NCBI GenBank assembly: GCA_977016875.1
Contig: CDRNST010000114.1
Location: 2,046,001 to 2,110,000 of the forward strand
DNA from: Pavona decussata
Lineage: Eukaryota
DNA length: 64,000 bases
Reading direction: 5' to 3'
Below, piece by piece: positions 22,700-35,625 of this stretch (positions are counted from its first letter, which is position 1; each line of letters opens with the position of its first letter). A program made the position numbers and the translations under genes. A model generated the notes under the pieces. That model was not told the origin of the DNA and did no database searches. It saw only the letters and a program-made list of their open reading frames with translations.

Positions 22700-24662
22700 T
22701 GAAATAGCTGTATGCGGCCTTTGCGCATGCTTGCAGCTTAGTTGGCAGCCATGTTGTAGAGCATTTCTGGTGAGAGGGAGTGAGGGGGAGGTGGGGGGTA
22801 ATATTGACACCGTTTGAATTTATCTGCTTTAGGAAGTACTGGTACTTAGTCGTCCCATGTTGTCAATCAATTTTTTTATGAACGCTGAGAGTTAAGACGT
22901 GTCTGATTTTTAAGCCATTTATGATCAAATGATTTAAATGCTGAAACTCTACGACTCCATAATCTTCTGACAACAAAACGCTCATGATAAGCATGTAAAA
23001 TAAATTTTGCATCCGCGCAAGTATATCTTCAGTTTCTCGTGTCAACTTTAACACGTTTATTTTTCTTGTCAACTATTCAAGACAGTCGCTGAAAAATAAT
23101 GACAGTAAAAATCATTATCGGTACGCTATCTTGTTTTGAAAAAAAAAATTTTAGCTTGTCAGAACAAACAAAATATGAATTTAGATTTCGAAAATGTTCA
23201 ATAACGTAGCTAAGGAAGAACCAGTTCGTTTGAACATATGTACACTTGGGAAAAATGTCAGTTCAGGGCTTTGGGTAAAGTTTGCAAAAAATCATTTAAA
23301 ATAAGCAATTTTAATGCGATTTAGGTCGCAGTTTTTACGGCGTTGCTAGCGAAGATGTCAGGATGACTGTGTAATTTGTCAGTGATTTTAACCCTAATTT
23401 AGCAGCAGTTTCGTTGACATTTGGTTGCAGTTAAAACAGCGTGCAATGTCGGCATAAAGGCTGCTTTGAATGACCCACTAAGGCTTCTTTGACGTGTTGA
23501 TGCTCACGTCTCAAGGGTTCTGCTCTGATCACAAAAGCAGTCACTGTTAAATATCATATAAATGACAACAAAAATGGCCGGTAATTTGTGATCGTCTCAA
23601 AGAAATTTATTTTTATGACATGCGAACGAAAAATCGTCAGCGTAAAGGGCCATTACAGTAGCCTCTGAAGGATTGAGCTTTAAGTGAGCAGTACCACAAA
23701 AACACTAAGATATAACAAGAATGTCACTTGAAACGTGCCTACTGCAATAACATTTTTTTTAAATTTAAAATAATTCTTTTCAAAGCGATCTTTAATGTCT
23801 AAAGCGGTATAATTTTGGATTTGTTTTTGGAAACTGATTTATCTACATGTAGTCACTTACACAAAAGAAGACCTCGAATTATTGCTGCGTTTTGTAAAAT
23901 GTTAAATTGAAATATATAACTGGAGGCAAAGACAGCTGAATTCGTTTATAGAATCTGGTAAGTTAAAAAAAAGAAAAACAAAACTCAAATTACAGAATAT
24001 GCCAACACCAGTTTCATTTCTTCACCGTCATTGATTTACCAATCCTTATGTCTAAGAGACTGTGTTGACAATGTTGGTCCAAACGCAGTACAATACGTTC
24101 TTTATGGGATACGACTGGCATATTACAATTTCAACAACTTGAGTATTATGCGCATTCGTTAAGACAAAGATGATTTACTGTTGACACCGTCTGAATTTAT
24201 GTGGCTCGTGTACCTGTAGGAAAAGGTATGGGGTTTTTTTTTGATAGGGAAAAAAAGGTTTAAATGATTCAGTTAAGGGCAAAAACTCTTTCCACGAATC
24301 ACTTAGTTAGATAGAGTACTGAGTCGTCCCATGTCATCTATGATGAACACGAAGGCCAAAGGCGTTTATGATGCAGACGGCTAAATGAGCTTCAGGAAAA
24401 CAAAACCGGCACAGATATAGCTCTTGTAGTTAAGGCAAAGGAATACGTTTCCTTTAAATCAATTTTATAGTACTCTCCAAAAAATTTGAGCGATTTTCAG
24501 GAAAAAAATGGAAAAAACTGGAAGCCGTGAACTTAAAGATCGTATTAATCTTGGTAGTCGTTGTAATTATTGATGTGGTATTTTGAATTCTCTCAGATGA
24601 AAATTAGCTTTCAAAAGCTGTAAAATTCACAAAGAAATGTGTGACGCGGTGTCAAGAGTTAA

Positions 24663-25324
24663 GGCCGGTTTGCACGCTGCGATTTGTCGGACCAATCTGT
24701 CGGCCCGACAGTATCGGAGCAGGAATCGTACGTGTATTTGACACCCGATTTACGGCCGACTCGTGAAAACGAAAATCGGCCCGATTCAGAAAATCTGTTG
24801 CAGTGCAACAGATTTTTGTCAAGTCGGGCCGACACTTTCAAAGAAGCCGGCTTGTCAATCAAAATTATGAGAAAAGAGCATGCGTACAAAACTGAAGAAA
24901 TCAAAATGGCGGACGGCAAGGTGTCAGGAAGACTCCCAAGAAGTCAAAGGCGCGAAGTTTCGAAGAGAGAGAAATAATCCCTGTTGATAGGGGAGTGGAT
25001 TAAGTATCCATGCTTCTATGACAAGGGAAATCAAGATTATCATGATAGAAACAAGAGACTGTATTGCGAAAACGCAGATAGCTAATTCATTGAATGAACT
25101 CTTTGGATACGAAGACAGCACCAAAGCAATCACCGGTGTGCCAGAAATTGTAATTTTAATTAATTTTTATTCTTGTTGGTGTCACAGGCGAAACTGTTAT
25201 CACTTCTTGTGGCTTAAGCCGACGTCAGTTCTTAAGAATCGGGTGTCAAAATACACATACGATTCGTGCTCTGATACTGTCGGCCGACAGATCGGACCGA
25301 CAAATCGTAACGTGTAAACCGGCC
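24663..25324. mobile_element. Non-autonomous DNA transposon with ~90-bp TIRs
   Basis: GGCCGGTTTGCACGCTGCGATTTGTCGG..TTTGACACCCGATT is mirrored at 25237-25324, with TTAA on both sides. A Harbinger-like TWA target is also compatible. Confidence 0.8.
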
Positions 25325-26712
25325 TTAACCATCCCGCCATGCATTAATTGTATGCTAAATCGTTTTTTTTTTTTTTCAAAACAATTAAGCACACCACGCT
25401 TAAATTTTTAGAAAAATTTAACCTTCCCAAGCCTCTTTAATTGTAGCTATGATAATGAAACTAAGCACGTAAACTAAAGATCCGCCTATTTCCTTGACTG
25501 AGTTCCCAACATTGGCCCCAAATAAGAGAGAAAACGGCCAGTCAATACATACAATTTCGTTGAATCTATAAACAGTTTACGAAACTAAGAAAATTTTGGG
25601 AAATATTTCCGCACAGCCTCGTACATTTATTTTTACATGCATCACTGTCATATTAACCCTCTTGCACAAAGAACGAGCATGAATAGAGTTTAAGTCGCAA
25701 AATGTATCCATAATTAATGTATGGGACTGTGCGGAAATCTTGCCCAATTTTGTCAATCATTCTGGCTACAGAACCAAAAGAGCTATTTGGTAGAATATTA
25801 CCCTTATGCATTACCTCTCACTTTTCGTCTGCGGCGGTCTAATTCCTTTACGCTTCCAATGGAAACCTTGGTTTCATCCACTCTATTCTTCAAAGAGCGC
25901 CATAAGCTGTTGAGCAATGAGAAGACCATGGACATCACATGTATGCTCCTTGCATTTTCCTCCCTCTGTCGCCTCTGCCGTTCCATTCGGAACGAAGCGA
26001 AGTGTATTATGCAAATTTACAATAGGAGAAAACATGCTTACCACTCAAGCTATGCGGAATGACGTTGGTAATTCATCACATACATGGAATGTTACTAACG
26101 TGAAAACAGTTTTTCTTGCTCCAAACCTTACCAAGTGTTGCAAAGCATAGCAAGCTCCTGGTCAACAACAATGTGGCAAAAAACGTTATCTCGTTAAACA
26201 GCTTGACGTTAAATTGTTGGGAATAAAGTCATATTTTCTAAGCATTTCTGTGTTCTTAAAATTCCCAACGATTTAACGTCAATTTGTTGAAAGAGTGAAA
26301 TTTTCCTTCAAATTAACCCATCATTATTTCTTTGTTCAAGTGTAGAAATGTAATGGTAATTCTTAAATTTGCTAACATTAGTCGTGTGACTAGCATAACA
26401 TTTTAAGGGTGTATCAATGCGAAGTTTACTGTTACTATTCAGTTGTAATTAGCAGTGTATTTTGCTTTAGTATTGTAACTAGCATTGCAATTTGTTTCAG
26501 TATGGTAGTCTGTAGCTTAATTTGTTTCATGATTGTATCTTAGTTTGTAGTAAGTGATCGTAATCGTTGCATCTATTAATTATTATTTAAAAATCAATAA
26601 AAGTCTTTAAATTACAAATAATAACCTCTAGTTTCTTTAATTTTTTTTAGCTAACTTTTACAACACTACCTGGAAATCCAACTTAGCATTAAAGGGACGC
26701 CACGTTAATATA

Positions 26713-29569
26713 ATGGGGGATACCACTTCTGATGAAATAAGAACGAAAGATATAATAAAGGAATTCTGCAGCTACACAACTACCCATGGCGTTGGAAGGC
26801 TAGCTGAGGCCAAAACACGTTTTAGCCAGTTCATTTGGACTTGCTTCATACTAAGTGCTTTTTCCATGTTTTTCTATCAAGTTCATGGTTTATTCATTCA
26901 CTACTTTAGTCGCCCTGTGTCCACTGTGACGAGTTTGAAACAAGCAACTGTGAGTAGAAGTTTAAATTAAATTGATTGAAAATGTTTTAAGGGATTTGTT
27001 TGATACCATTGTTGTATTATCTATTGATAAAAGGTGGTAATGGTGGTCGACAAAACTATGACAGAAGGGTAATGAACGCATTCGTTGTTCATGTCATCAA
27101 TATCTTTCCCTTTGGTTTATTGATATTCCCACATAGGTGGTGAGATTTCCAGCCGCAACAGTTTGTAATCAGAACCCCATTATTTTTTTATATTTCAGAA
27201 ATTATTCCAAATATTTGTCTACTTTCTGGGACTTGCAGTTTGGGAATTGCTTTAAGTTTAATGGTGGAGTAGACGATAGCAATAATAATCAGACAGTCCT
27301 GAAGACTTATAGTGCTGGACCCTCGGGAGGTGAGAAACTACTAAGTTTACCATTTACATAAAAATCACAAATTTATTAATTATTCATGATGAGAAAATAA
27401 CAAATCATTACCGTAAGGGGGTTTGGAATCAAAATTTCAGAATCAGAATCAAATTTCTTCTTGTAATATCAATGTTTATTCAACCCCTGAGGATAGAATT
27501 AAGGATATGATCACCCATGGTCAATTTTCTTGATATTTTAATAAGTTCTTTCCTGAACTTTTATATTTTGTCTTAAATATTAGGGCTTAAAGGGTTACAA
27601 AAGACTCCGCTAGCGGCCTCTCGTTTTTGCAACCCACTTCTCTTTGTTGGGAAATCGATTAAAACAGTCTTTCTCGTGCATATATATTTTTTAAACGCCT
27701 CCAGTGTTTCAAATTGCTAAGAAGCGTTTATTCGTCTGCAGGAAATACTATAGAACCTCCTTAAAGGGACACTGTCACAAAGATTTTGCTGTATTTTTGT
27801 CAAAAGTGCTCAAATATTAGACAAGAACTATTTTGCTAACATGAAATTGCTCTTAGAGCACCAGAAAGAAAATATCAAAGGATTTCTCCGAGGAAGAACT
27901 AACTATAATCAGTTTTAAGCAATTTCTCTAAAATGCAAAGCACGAACATGAAAAAATGGCTAAGTTTATCAAAAAGGGACACGTTAATGTCAGGATAACA
28001 TTCTATCCATAAGGTTTACTTTTCAATGAACTCGTTGAAGAGAATGCCGCCGATGAGAAGGAACGAGCAAACTTGACAACCTTTGTTGAGTAAGTACTTA
28101 TGCAATGGAGGGAGTTTAGGTTTATAATTAGTTAATCCACTCATTAACTTAGTTACATTTTACATGATTTCCGTGCTAGTTGCTCTGAGCAAAATAAATA
28201 ATTAATTTCAAAAACCGTCCTTCGTCTTTTCACAAGGAGCAAACATTTTCACACAGTTTAACCCTTTATAGATAGCTGGGAAAGGCTTCCACCGTTTAAA
28301 GGTAAAGCTACCAAATTTTACCACGCAACAAATTTACCTTGATTACATGAATTTTTCTATTTTAGATTATTTCAGTGCTTGTTTTGCATTTGTTTACTTT
28401 TTTCCTTAATTGTACGTTTTTGGCTGTTGTTTAGAAAACTGAACACGGTGGGTCCGAGACGGCCACCGTAGAGAAATCATCATGTAGTTCCCACGTCATA
28501 TGGCGTTGTCAACTCATGCAAATGACCTTTGTGTGACTCCGTGCATAACCTCTTCTGCATTGTAGCACGATTTAGATCACGTTTGAACGATTTGTTTTCT
28601 CTGTTTCCTATTTATAAACTGTCAATAAAAATTTGAATTGACAGGACATTGATTCCACATATGCATTTAATTTTTGTAGGAAAAATTTCCTCCAAGTGCG
28701 AGTAATGTACGAGAGCATAAACTACAGGGAAATAGAAGAGGAACTGACTTATAAGGTGGGAACATTTTTAGTTGGCTGTATTCTGAGACAGCATTCGCAT
28801 CTGAGGTGCCATTTATTTTGTGTGCTTTCATGAGAGAGGTTCGCTTGAGGTGAAAAATAGGAGGCGTCTCCTTAAATGGAACGAATTCCGATTGGCTCAT
28901 CGCGTGGAGAACCTAGAACTTTCTTTAAAAATTGGCCTATTCCAACCAGTGTAACCTAGCTTCATGCAAGGGTTCCAAACCTAAATCGCATTATTATATT
29001 TATTAATTTTTCGCATTAATTTGAATGAATTGACCAAGCTATAATACATCTGCTCCACAATAATTTAAGTACCTCATTTTTGAGGATTTAGAATCATAAG
29101 ATTCAATGAATGACAACAAAGTAGAACATTCTGAAAATGTTTTGATTGCACAATTTTTTAAGAAACGCATTTTATTCATAAATGGAGGATAAGCTATTGA
29201 AATACTCTACCCTTCACAAAAATTCTATATTTCACAAACATAATAAGAGATGTGTTAAGAGAAGGGTCATGTATGGGTAAAGCTACATATGAATTTAAAC
29301 CTGGCTGGTGCACACCAATATAGATATATATGGAAATTAAAAGTTGTACACCAAGCTTCGTCATGTTGGCATTTGTATTAAATTATATAATTTTTTTTCT
29401 TAATATTCAGACTGTCAATTTGTTAGCTGACATTGGTGGCCAGCTGGGTTTGTGGATCGGCATATCGGTGCTAACCTGCTGTGAAGTGCTGGAGTTAGTG
29501 TTATTACTGGTGCAACGAATGTTTAAGAAAATGAAGAACAAACGTCGGCAAATGGAAACGGCTATTTAA
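26713..29569 (+). CDS. Internally deleted DEG/ENaC (ASIC-like) channel copy; splices into an open 246-aa frame; may be a pseudogene
   Basis: Exons 26713-26949 ([12 protein letters not shown]1), 27137-27329 ([18 protein letters not shown]), 28014-28089, 28680-28755 ([14 protein letters not shown]) and 29411-29569 ([20 protein letters not shown]2); 741 nt. Exons for the finger, thumb and part of the palm are absent. Confidence 0.7.
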
Positions 29570-30927
29570 ATGGGACAAATACGAAGTCATACTTGGAGAT
29601 ATGTCCAGAAACAGCACTCCTTTGAATCTTTTTTAAAATTGAAGAACGTTAACATCTATTTGACGACATGTACAGTGGCATAAGGCGCAGGTTTAACAAA
29701 ATTTTGACAACAATTGCAAAATTCGACAAATTTACGAAGAAGTGAAAAGTGAAAGAAATAAAACGAGATTTCGACTCGACGAAATTGTGAAACCTTTCGA
29801 CGCCACAATGCCACATATATAAATCTAATTAATTGTGTAATTTAGTCAATGTTGTTTAGGTCGCCAAAATCGCATGCACTCTTTTAGACGCTAGAAAAAT
29901 CACGTTATCCGGAACGCAACGCCGTAGCCAACGAAACACTTAACACTGATCGAGTTGGCTATGAGTTCATGGATTACAGGATTTAATTATTTTTGCAGAA
30001 TAGCTTTGTTATTAACATAGGTAACTCCTGTAATAAATTATAAAAGGAAACTTTTCCGGTAAGAGAGCATTTTTTTTCACGACATATTTCGCGTAATTCG
30101 TAGGAGACAGTAACAATCACATTTATTAGTGTAAAAATATGCGCTGGCATTTGCCCGAGGACATTACATGTAACGAAAAGCGAGTAGTTGTCTGGGACAA
30201 ACCTCGAGGAAAACTATGGGCTTCGACGAACAGCCAACGTATTAGTACTTATTTTCCTTTGCATATTCTAGTTGTACGCGTATGCTGTGTGATGATAGCA
30301 AGCGAGGGTATTCTCCTTGCCATCCTAGTGATTTCCGCGAGCGTTTTCGACAAGAATGTGATGTCCTTGTCTGTTCCAACAGCGAAATGCTCTTCCATCT
30401 CGACATTTTCCAGTAATGTCAGGCACTGAAGTGAATAACGCCATAACTAGGTGGTTGTCACTTGGTAAATATGATCCGATAAACATTCCTGAGTTAATAT
30501 TGGAAGACATTTCGTGACGCGTCACGCACTTAGCCCATCGCAGACATGCGAAATTATTTGATGGATTATAAGAGCTGATACGTATACATTACTAGCAAAA
30601 AGTAAATAAGAGTGCGTGCTCGCTCATATCTATGTTTTCCATACGATATAATAGGATTATGGCTTTTCAAGAACTACATTGCATCTTAATTAAAGTATTA
30701 CATGGGCGCTACTGTTTATTACAGTCCACGGGCTAAAACCAACTCAAGGGTGTGTCAAAGTACAAACAACGAGTTAACAATAACAATAATGTTGCACACC
30801 AAACATATATAAATAAGAAATTTACTATCCAACTAGTGTGTTTTAACCTTTCATCGCACGCAACAAACAAAACTGAGAGAAAACTTGTATCAATGTACAA
30901 GACGAGTGCACGCATGGTAGCGAACCT
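27963..30927 (+). repeat. Inverted segmental duplication, copy 1 (copy 2 at ~55079-57745 plus ~61094-61295)
   Basis: Colinear reverse-complement match across exons, introns and the 3' flank, with scattered substitutions. Examples are the paired ORFs 28667..28900(-)/57078..57311(+) and 29330..29569(+)/56398..56622(-). Confidence 0.92.
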
Positions 30928-32550
30928 AAGGGACAGCTGGCGTGTTATGCTGGTGGCCCGAAACTGCGTCTCCCTAACCTTTATACAACGGAACAACGTA
31001 AGGGCTCTTAAAAAAAAATAATCATAGATAACAAACTTCAACAGTTGAAAACACAAAATTAAGGAATTTATGCCACAGAGCCACTATGCAAGCTTTCATT
31101 TGTGATTGGTATCAATCGTAATAATTTCATAGTGTTCTTACAATGCATTCCCACCATCTTGGACTAAAATGACTATTTCGCCGCTTTCGCTGTCTCGCAA
31201 CCTTCTGAAATGATTTTGTTTTCCTTCGAGAGTTCAAGACTGCGGGTGTCTTTTGAAACTGAGTACGATGAAAATTATTTTTTTTCTGAAATACGTTTTC
31301 ATTAACCCGTCTGCTGTCAAATGCGCCCCGCCCCACTAAAAAGCATACAAACAAAGCGTCAAAAACTGCTTTTGGCGAGATTTGACAAACAGGTACTGCC
31401 ATCGTGATAGAAAAGAGAGATTGGTAGCTTGCATTTGAACGGTCAAAACTCGAGGTTTCATAGAAAGTCTTACTACACATTTCAATCTTAACTTAAAAAC
31501 CCAACTAACGATTCGTGTTCGTGTTTTACTGCCGTTTATAAGAATTACGGCGACAGCAACCTGCCCGCAAATATACAGAAAACAACAACAAATGGATCGA
31601 AATCAGATAATAACAACGTTTGTACGTGACATTTTGAACTCCATTGAGCCACACATCCTTGTTTTCTAAGAAGTACGCTGTACTGATTGACGGCAAAAAA
31701 AAAACAAAAAAAAAACAAAACGGTTGTCTGAATCTTGAACTTCAGAGTCCTGTCCGCTTGTCACACTACAGGAAAGTAAATCTGAATGGCTTCCATATCA
31801 ATTGCTGCCGCAGCGAGGAAACCTGAAGCGACAGAGCAAGGCAGCACTCTGATCGGCACAGAAATATATTTGTGGTTCTTGCGAATGCTATTGCAAAATG
31901 CAAAGGATTGTGGTCGCGGTAGATCAAGGGAACAAGGCATTGTGGTTAATTTTGTGGTCACCACAATGCAACGCGCCTCTCTGCTTTGCTCGACTAGAGG
32001 AATCGAAGCGAGTATTTTCCCATTTTTAATGCTCCTAATTTTACGGAATGTTTATTTTGGCATTTAAGTTTAAGCCAAATTATTGGAAGTTGTGTTGTTG
32101 ATATTGATTACCCGGGTTGATTATTCTTATTATTTGCGATTTCGTCTCGAATTCCACATAGTGCCATGCCTACCTTCAGTTTATCGATTAAAGTAAAGAA
32201 CGCGCGCATATGTAAGGTTTGTAGAAAACTGGTCTTACACCAGAACTTTGGCAGACCTAATTAACGCTGGCTACCGTGCCGAAATCGATGAGCGTATTTC
32301 AAAAACTTATTTCCAATCATGCAATCTTCTATATCGTCTCTGATTGGAATTTTTTTTCAGCAGGGCAAAACTGCATTTCGAAACTAGAATAGATGATAAG
32401 TACACGATGAAATTCTCGGAAAAAAATTTCGAGAATTTTCATCGTGTAATTACTATCTATTTCATTTTCATAGCGTTGGGTGGTTGGCTGGTCGGCTAAA
32501 TATATGAATGACACTTCAAATGCGGGGCAGAGTTGCTCGAAGAACGCTAG

Positions 32551-32583
<33 letters not shown>

Positions 32584-33985
32584 GTCATGGTATTTAACCC
32601 GGGTTAGCGCGAACCATGCTTCGAGCAACTGGGCCCTGGATGTTTATCGTTTTGAAATGACAAGCTTGACATGACACCATTTTATTTCATTTCAGAGCCC
32701 TGCGGACTCGTGCAATTTTGTTAACCTTCCAAAATTTTACCCGTGCTCATTTATTACAAATTGCACTTGGAATCATGTGATTACCTATACAAACGGTCTA
32801 CGCATTATTAAGTTATAGGAGCAGCTGTCAATTAAAACTCCGTCCTGTTTAATACAAGGGAACTTAAGCAACGGCGACGGCAACGTCAATATTCTTTGAA
32901 TCTGATGTTAATATAGGTATTATACATGCAAATAAAGTTGTTATATATAGTTTCGGTGATCGGCAACACCAACATTAAAAGTTCTGTTGAAGACATAAAT
33001 TATTAATAACTGAATTGTTCTGAACCGAGCATGTATTATTCTTTAGTAAATTCGTAAGAAATACAACTCAACATAACATTTGCGAGAGGCAATGTTTGCA
33101 CGTGTTGTTGATGAGAACGTAATAATTTAGTATTATGGACAAACAGAGGGTTCTTTTAAACAGCTTTTAATATGTTAAAACATATTGAAAAACTGTCCAC
33201 TCAGACACGTCACGTTGTTCTTGAAATCCTTTGCGGCGCCTGCAGCTGGTTAATTAAAGTTTGGAGACGCTTTTAGTCTTGACATCGTTTTCTAAGATCC
33301 ATATTGCTTCTCTAACGTGGAAAGCTATATCTAACCAAAACCCATTACGGAAAAGACTATCCCTTTACAGCAGCTTAGTATTGTTAAGCCTTATGAACAG
33401 CCGTTATGCAACGGGGTAGCTGTTTTAGCTTGATGACCACACTGGAGTCGAACGAGTTTACCTTCTATCAGTAAGGCACCCGAGTAAGTAAAACCTAGTA
33501 CGCAATTCAGTCATTGTAATTTTTATCCTATGTAATTCAGTCGTTTCGGGTGCAAGATTTGGTTTTTATTAGACGATCTATCCACACCACAGATCCAAGA
33601 GTAATATATTAGTATTTTAGTTGGTATTCAGTCGAGTAAAGTAATAACTATATAGGGAAATGAATAACTAAATGGCCATGGTGTTAATCAGCAACTCCAG
33701 TCAACGAAGACGGCTTCCTGTTTCTTCCATAGAAAAACAATATATGTATATCCATACTATAAGGCGCGTCAGCTCGTTTCCCTATAGCTTTCTAAATAAA
33801 AAAATTAAAAATATAAAAGGAATTGCCTCAAATTTCAGCCAGTTCCGCTGACACATCTTTTTCGCTAAATTAGTTAGTTATCAACAGGCCACCTGCTTTT
33901 CAGGACGTTTCAATCCATCACAAATTAAAAAGGCACTGAATTTTTCTCTTAACTTTATTCCTACAGCTCGCACATCGGTAGCTTA
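30926..33985 (+). repeat. Segmental direct repeat, copy 2 of 16912-19300
   Basis: Same blocks in the same order as copy 1. The paired spurious ORFs MAVPVCPIAPK and MAVPVCQISPK show the match. Confidence 0.9.
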
Positions 33986-35625
33986 CTCGTTCGTTTAAAT
34001 TGATAGAAGATGCGAGAATCTCGCAGCTTTTACAGCGCGTTCCTACCACCCATTATAAACTAAAAAATGTCGACAACTTCGGTAAGCTTTCGTACTACCT
34101 TCCGCCTTATAGATCGGCTGACATAAATCGAGGCTTCTTCGGTCATAAAAATCGAAAATCAACTTGTATTTGTGGAGATGATGGGTTCTTTTTGTTTTGT
34201 TCGAAATTGATTCAATCCTTGGTTGTTTGAGGAAGTGCTAAACTTAAACATGTTATGGCTCATGATCCCAGTGCATATTTACCATTTCCCTTTGTTTGGA
34301 CCGTCCATATTAATTCACTTTTTTATTTATTAGTTCTTATACTTTTTGATGTTACAAGATCTCGCTTGAACAGGAATTAATCAAGTTCGAGGTTTCTCGT
34401 GTTCTTATATTCCATGAAGGTTAACTTCTTTCAAACCTTTTGGCTAATTATTCGTAAAATGTATATTCATGGTTGAAATTTGAATTTATTTTTCATTAGA
34501 AGGTGTTTATACATTCCAAGCAGGCTAGTCTGATAAATTATGTCGTTGTTTCCTCAAGTAAACTGGGAAATTTAAGAATCTATTTTAGATATCCTGCAAA
34601 ATTTAAACTACAGATCAAAACTCAATCCATTTGTCTCAGCATTTGAATTCGCATTTTGCTGGCTGTTCATTAAAATTCATATGTTGCAAATTTATGTGAA
34701 AAATGAAAATAATGACGGGTAAAATAAATAAAAAAGTGAGTTTACTCACCATTTACCAGTTTAATGGGCTTCTCACAACTTCACAAAAATTCTGTCTTTT
34801 TCTCCTGTCAAACAAAAAATAAATTAATAAATAATATTGTTTAAAAAAACTGTACCTAGTCACAAAGTAAACAACAGTCACGAGTGACGGTCCACAACTC
34901 CGGCCAGTGAATATCATAGTATGAAAATGTCAGTCTCTTTTAGCAAATGCTAACGTGTGTGAAAAAACACACTCATTAGACTTATTGGCGTGTGGGTAGA
35001 CAATATTACTGAAATATGTCTTTTCATATGGAAATTTGTTTTGGTTATAAAAGTAGGCAATTCAACAGGAAGGTTGTCTTAAACAGGAAATTCCGCGGTA
35101 TTAAAAGGGCCTGCCGGACCTGACCATTCTCACATTCATTTCTCACTCGAACCATTAGAGTGTAAAAACTGACGGTCAACTCACATCTTTTCTGTGACCA
35201 TCATTGTTAAAATTGGCTTAGTTTTCGGAATAAACCCTGCTAAGCGAATTAGAAACCGATTTCTTACACTGCATGACGTCATGGGTTTTTTGAAAGAAAT
35301 TACATAGCTTATTGCAGTCACTAAAGTAAGCTTGCGTTGTTTAAACGATGACAGTTTCAATAACAAATTATGTAAAAATGCGCAGGTAATCTGGGACGAG
35401 TTGCATAAGACTTAACGGCGGGCGTAAAATGCTATCGTCAGACGTTAAAATACTGACTGAGCTGAAGGTCTGGCGTTAGCAGTGACGCCCGGCCTTAAAT
35501 TTTATGCAACTCACTCCTGGTGTCTTGTTGGTCACGCAACAGCATTGTGCCATTCCTTTCAAGTTCACTAATTTCTTTTTGTTACGTTTCTTCCATTATT
35601 GTGATCTTGGAATAGCACATTGCAT

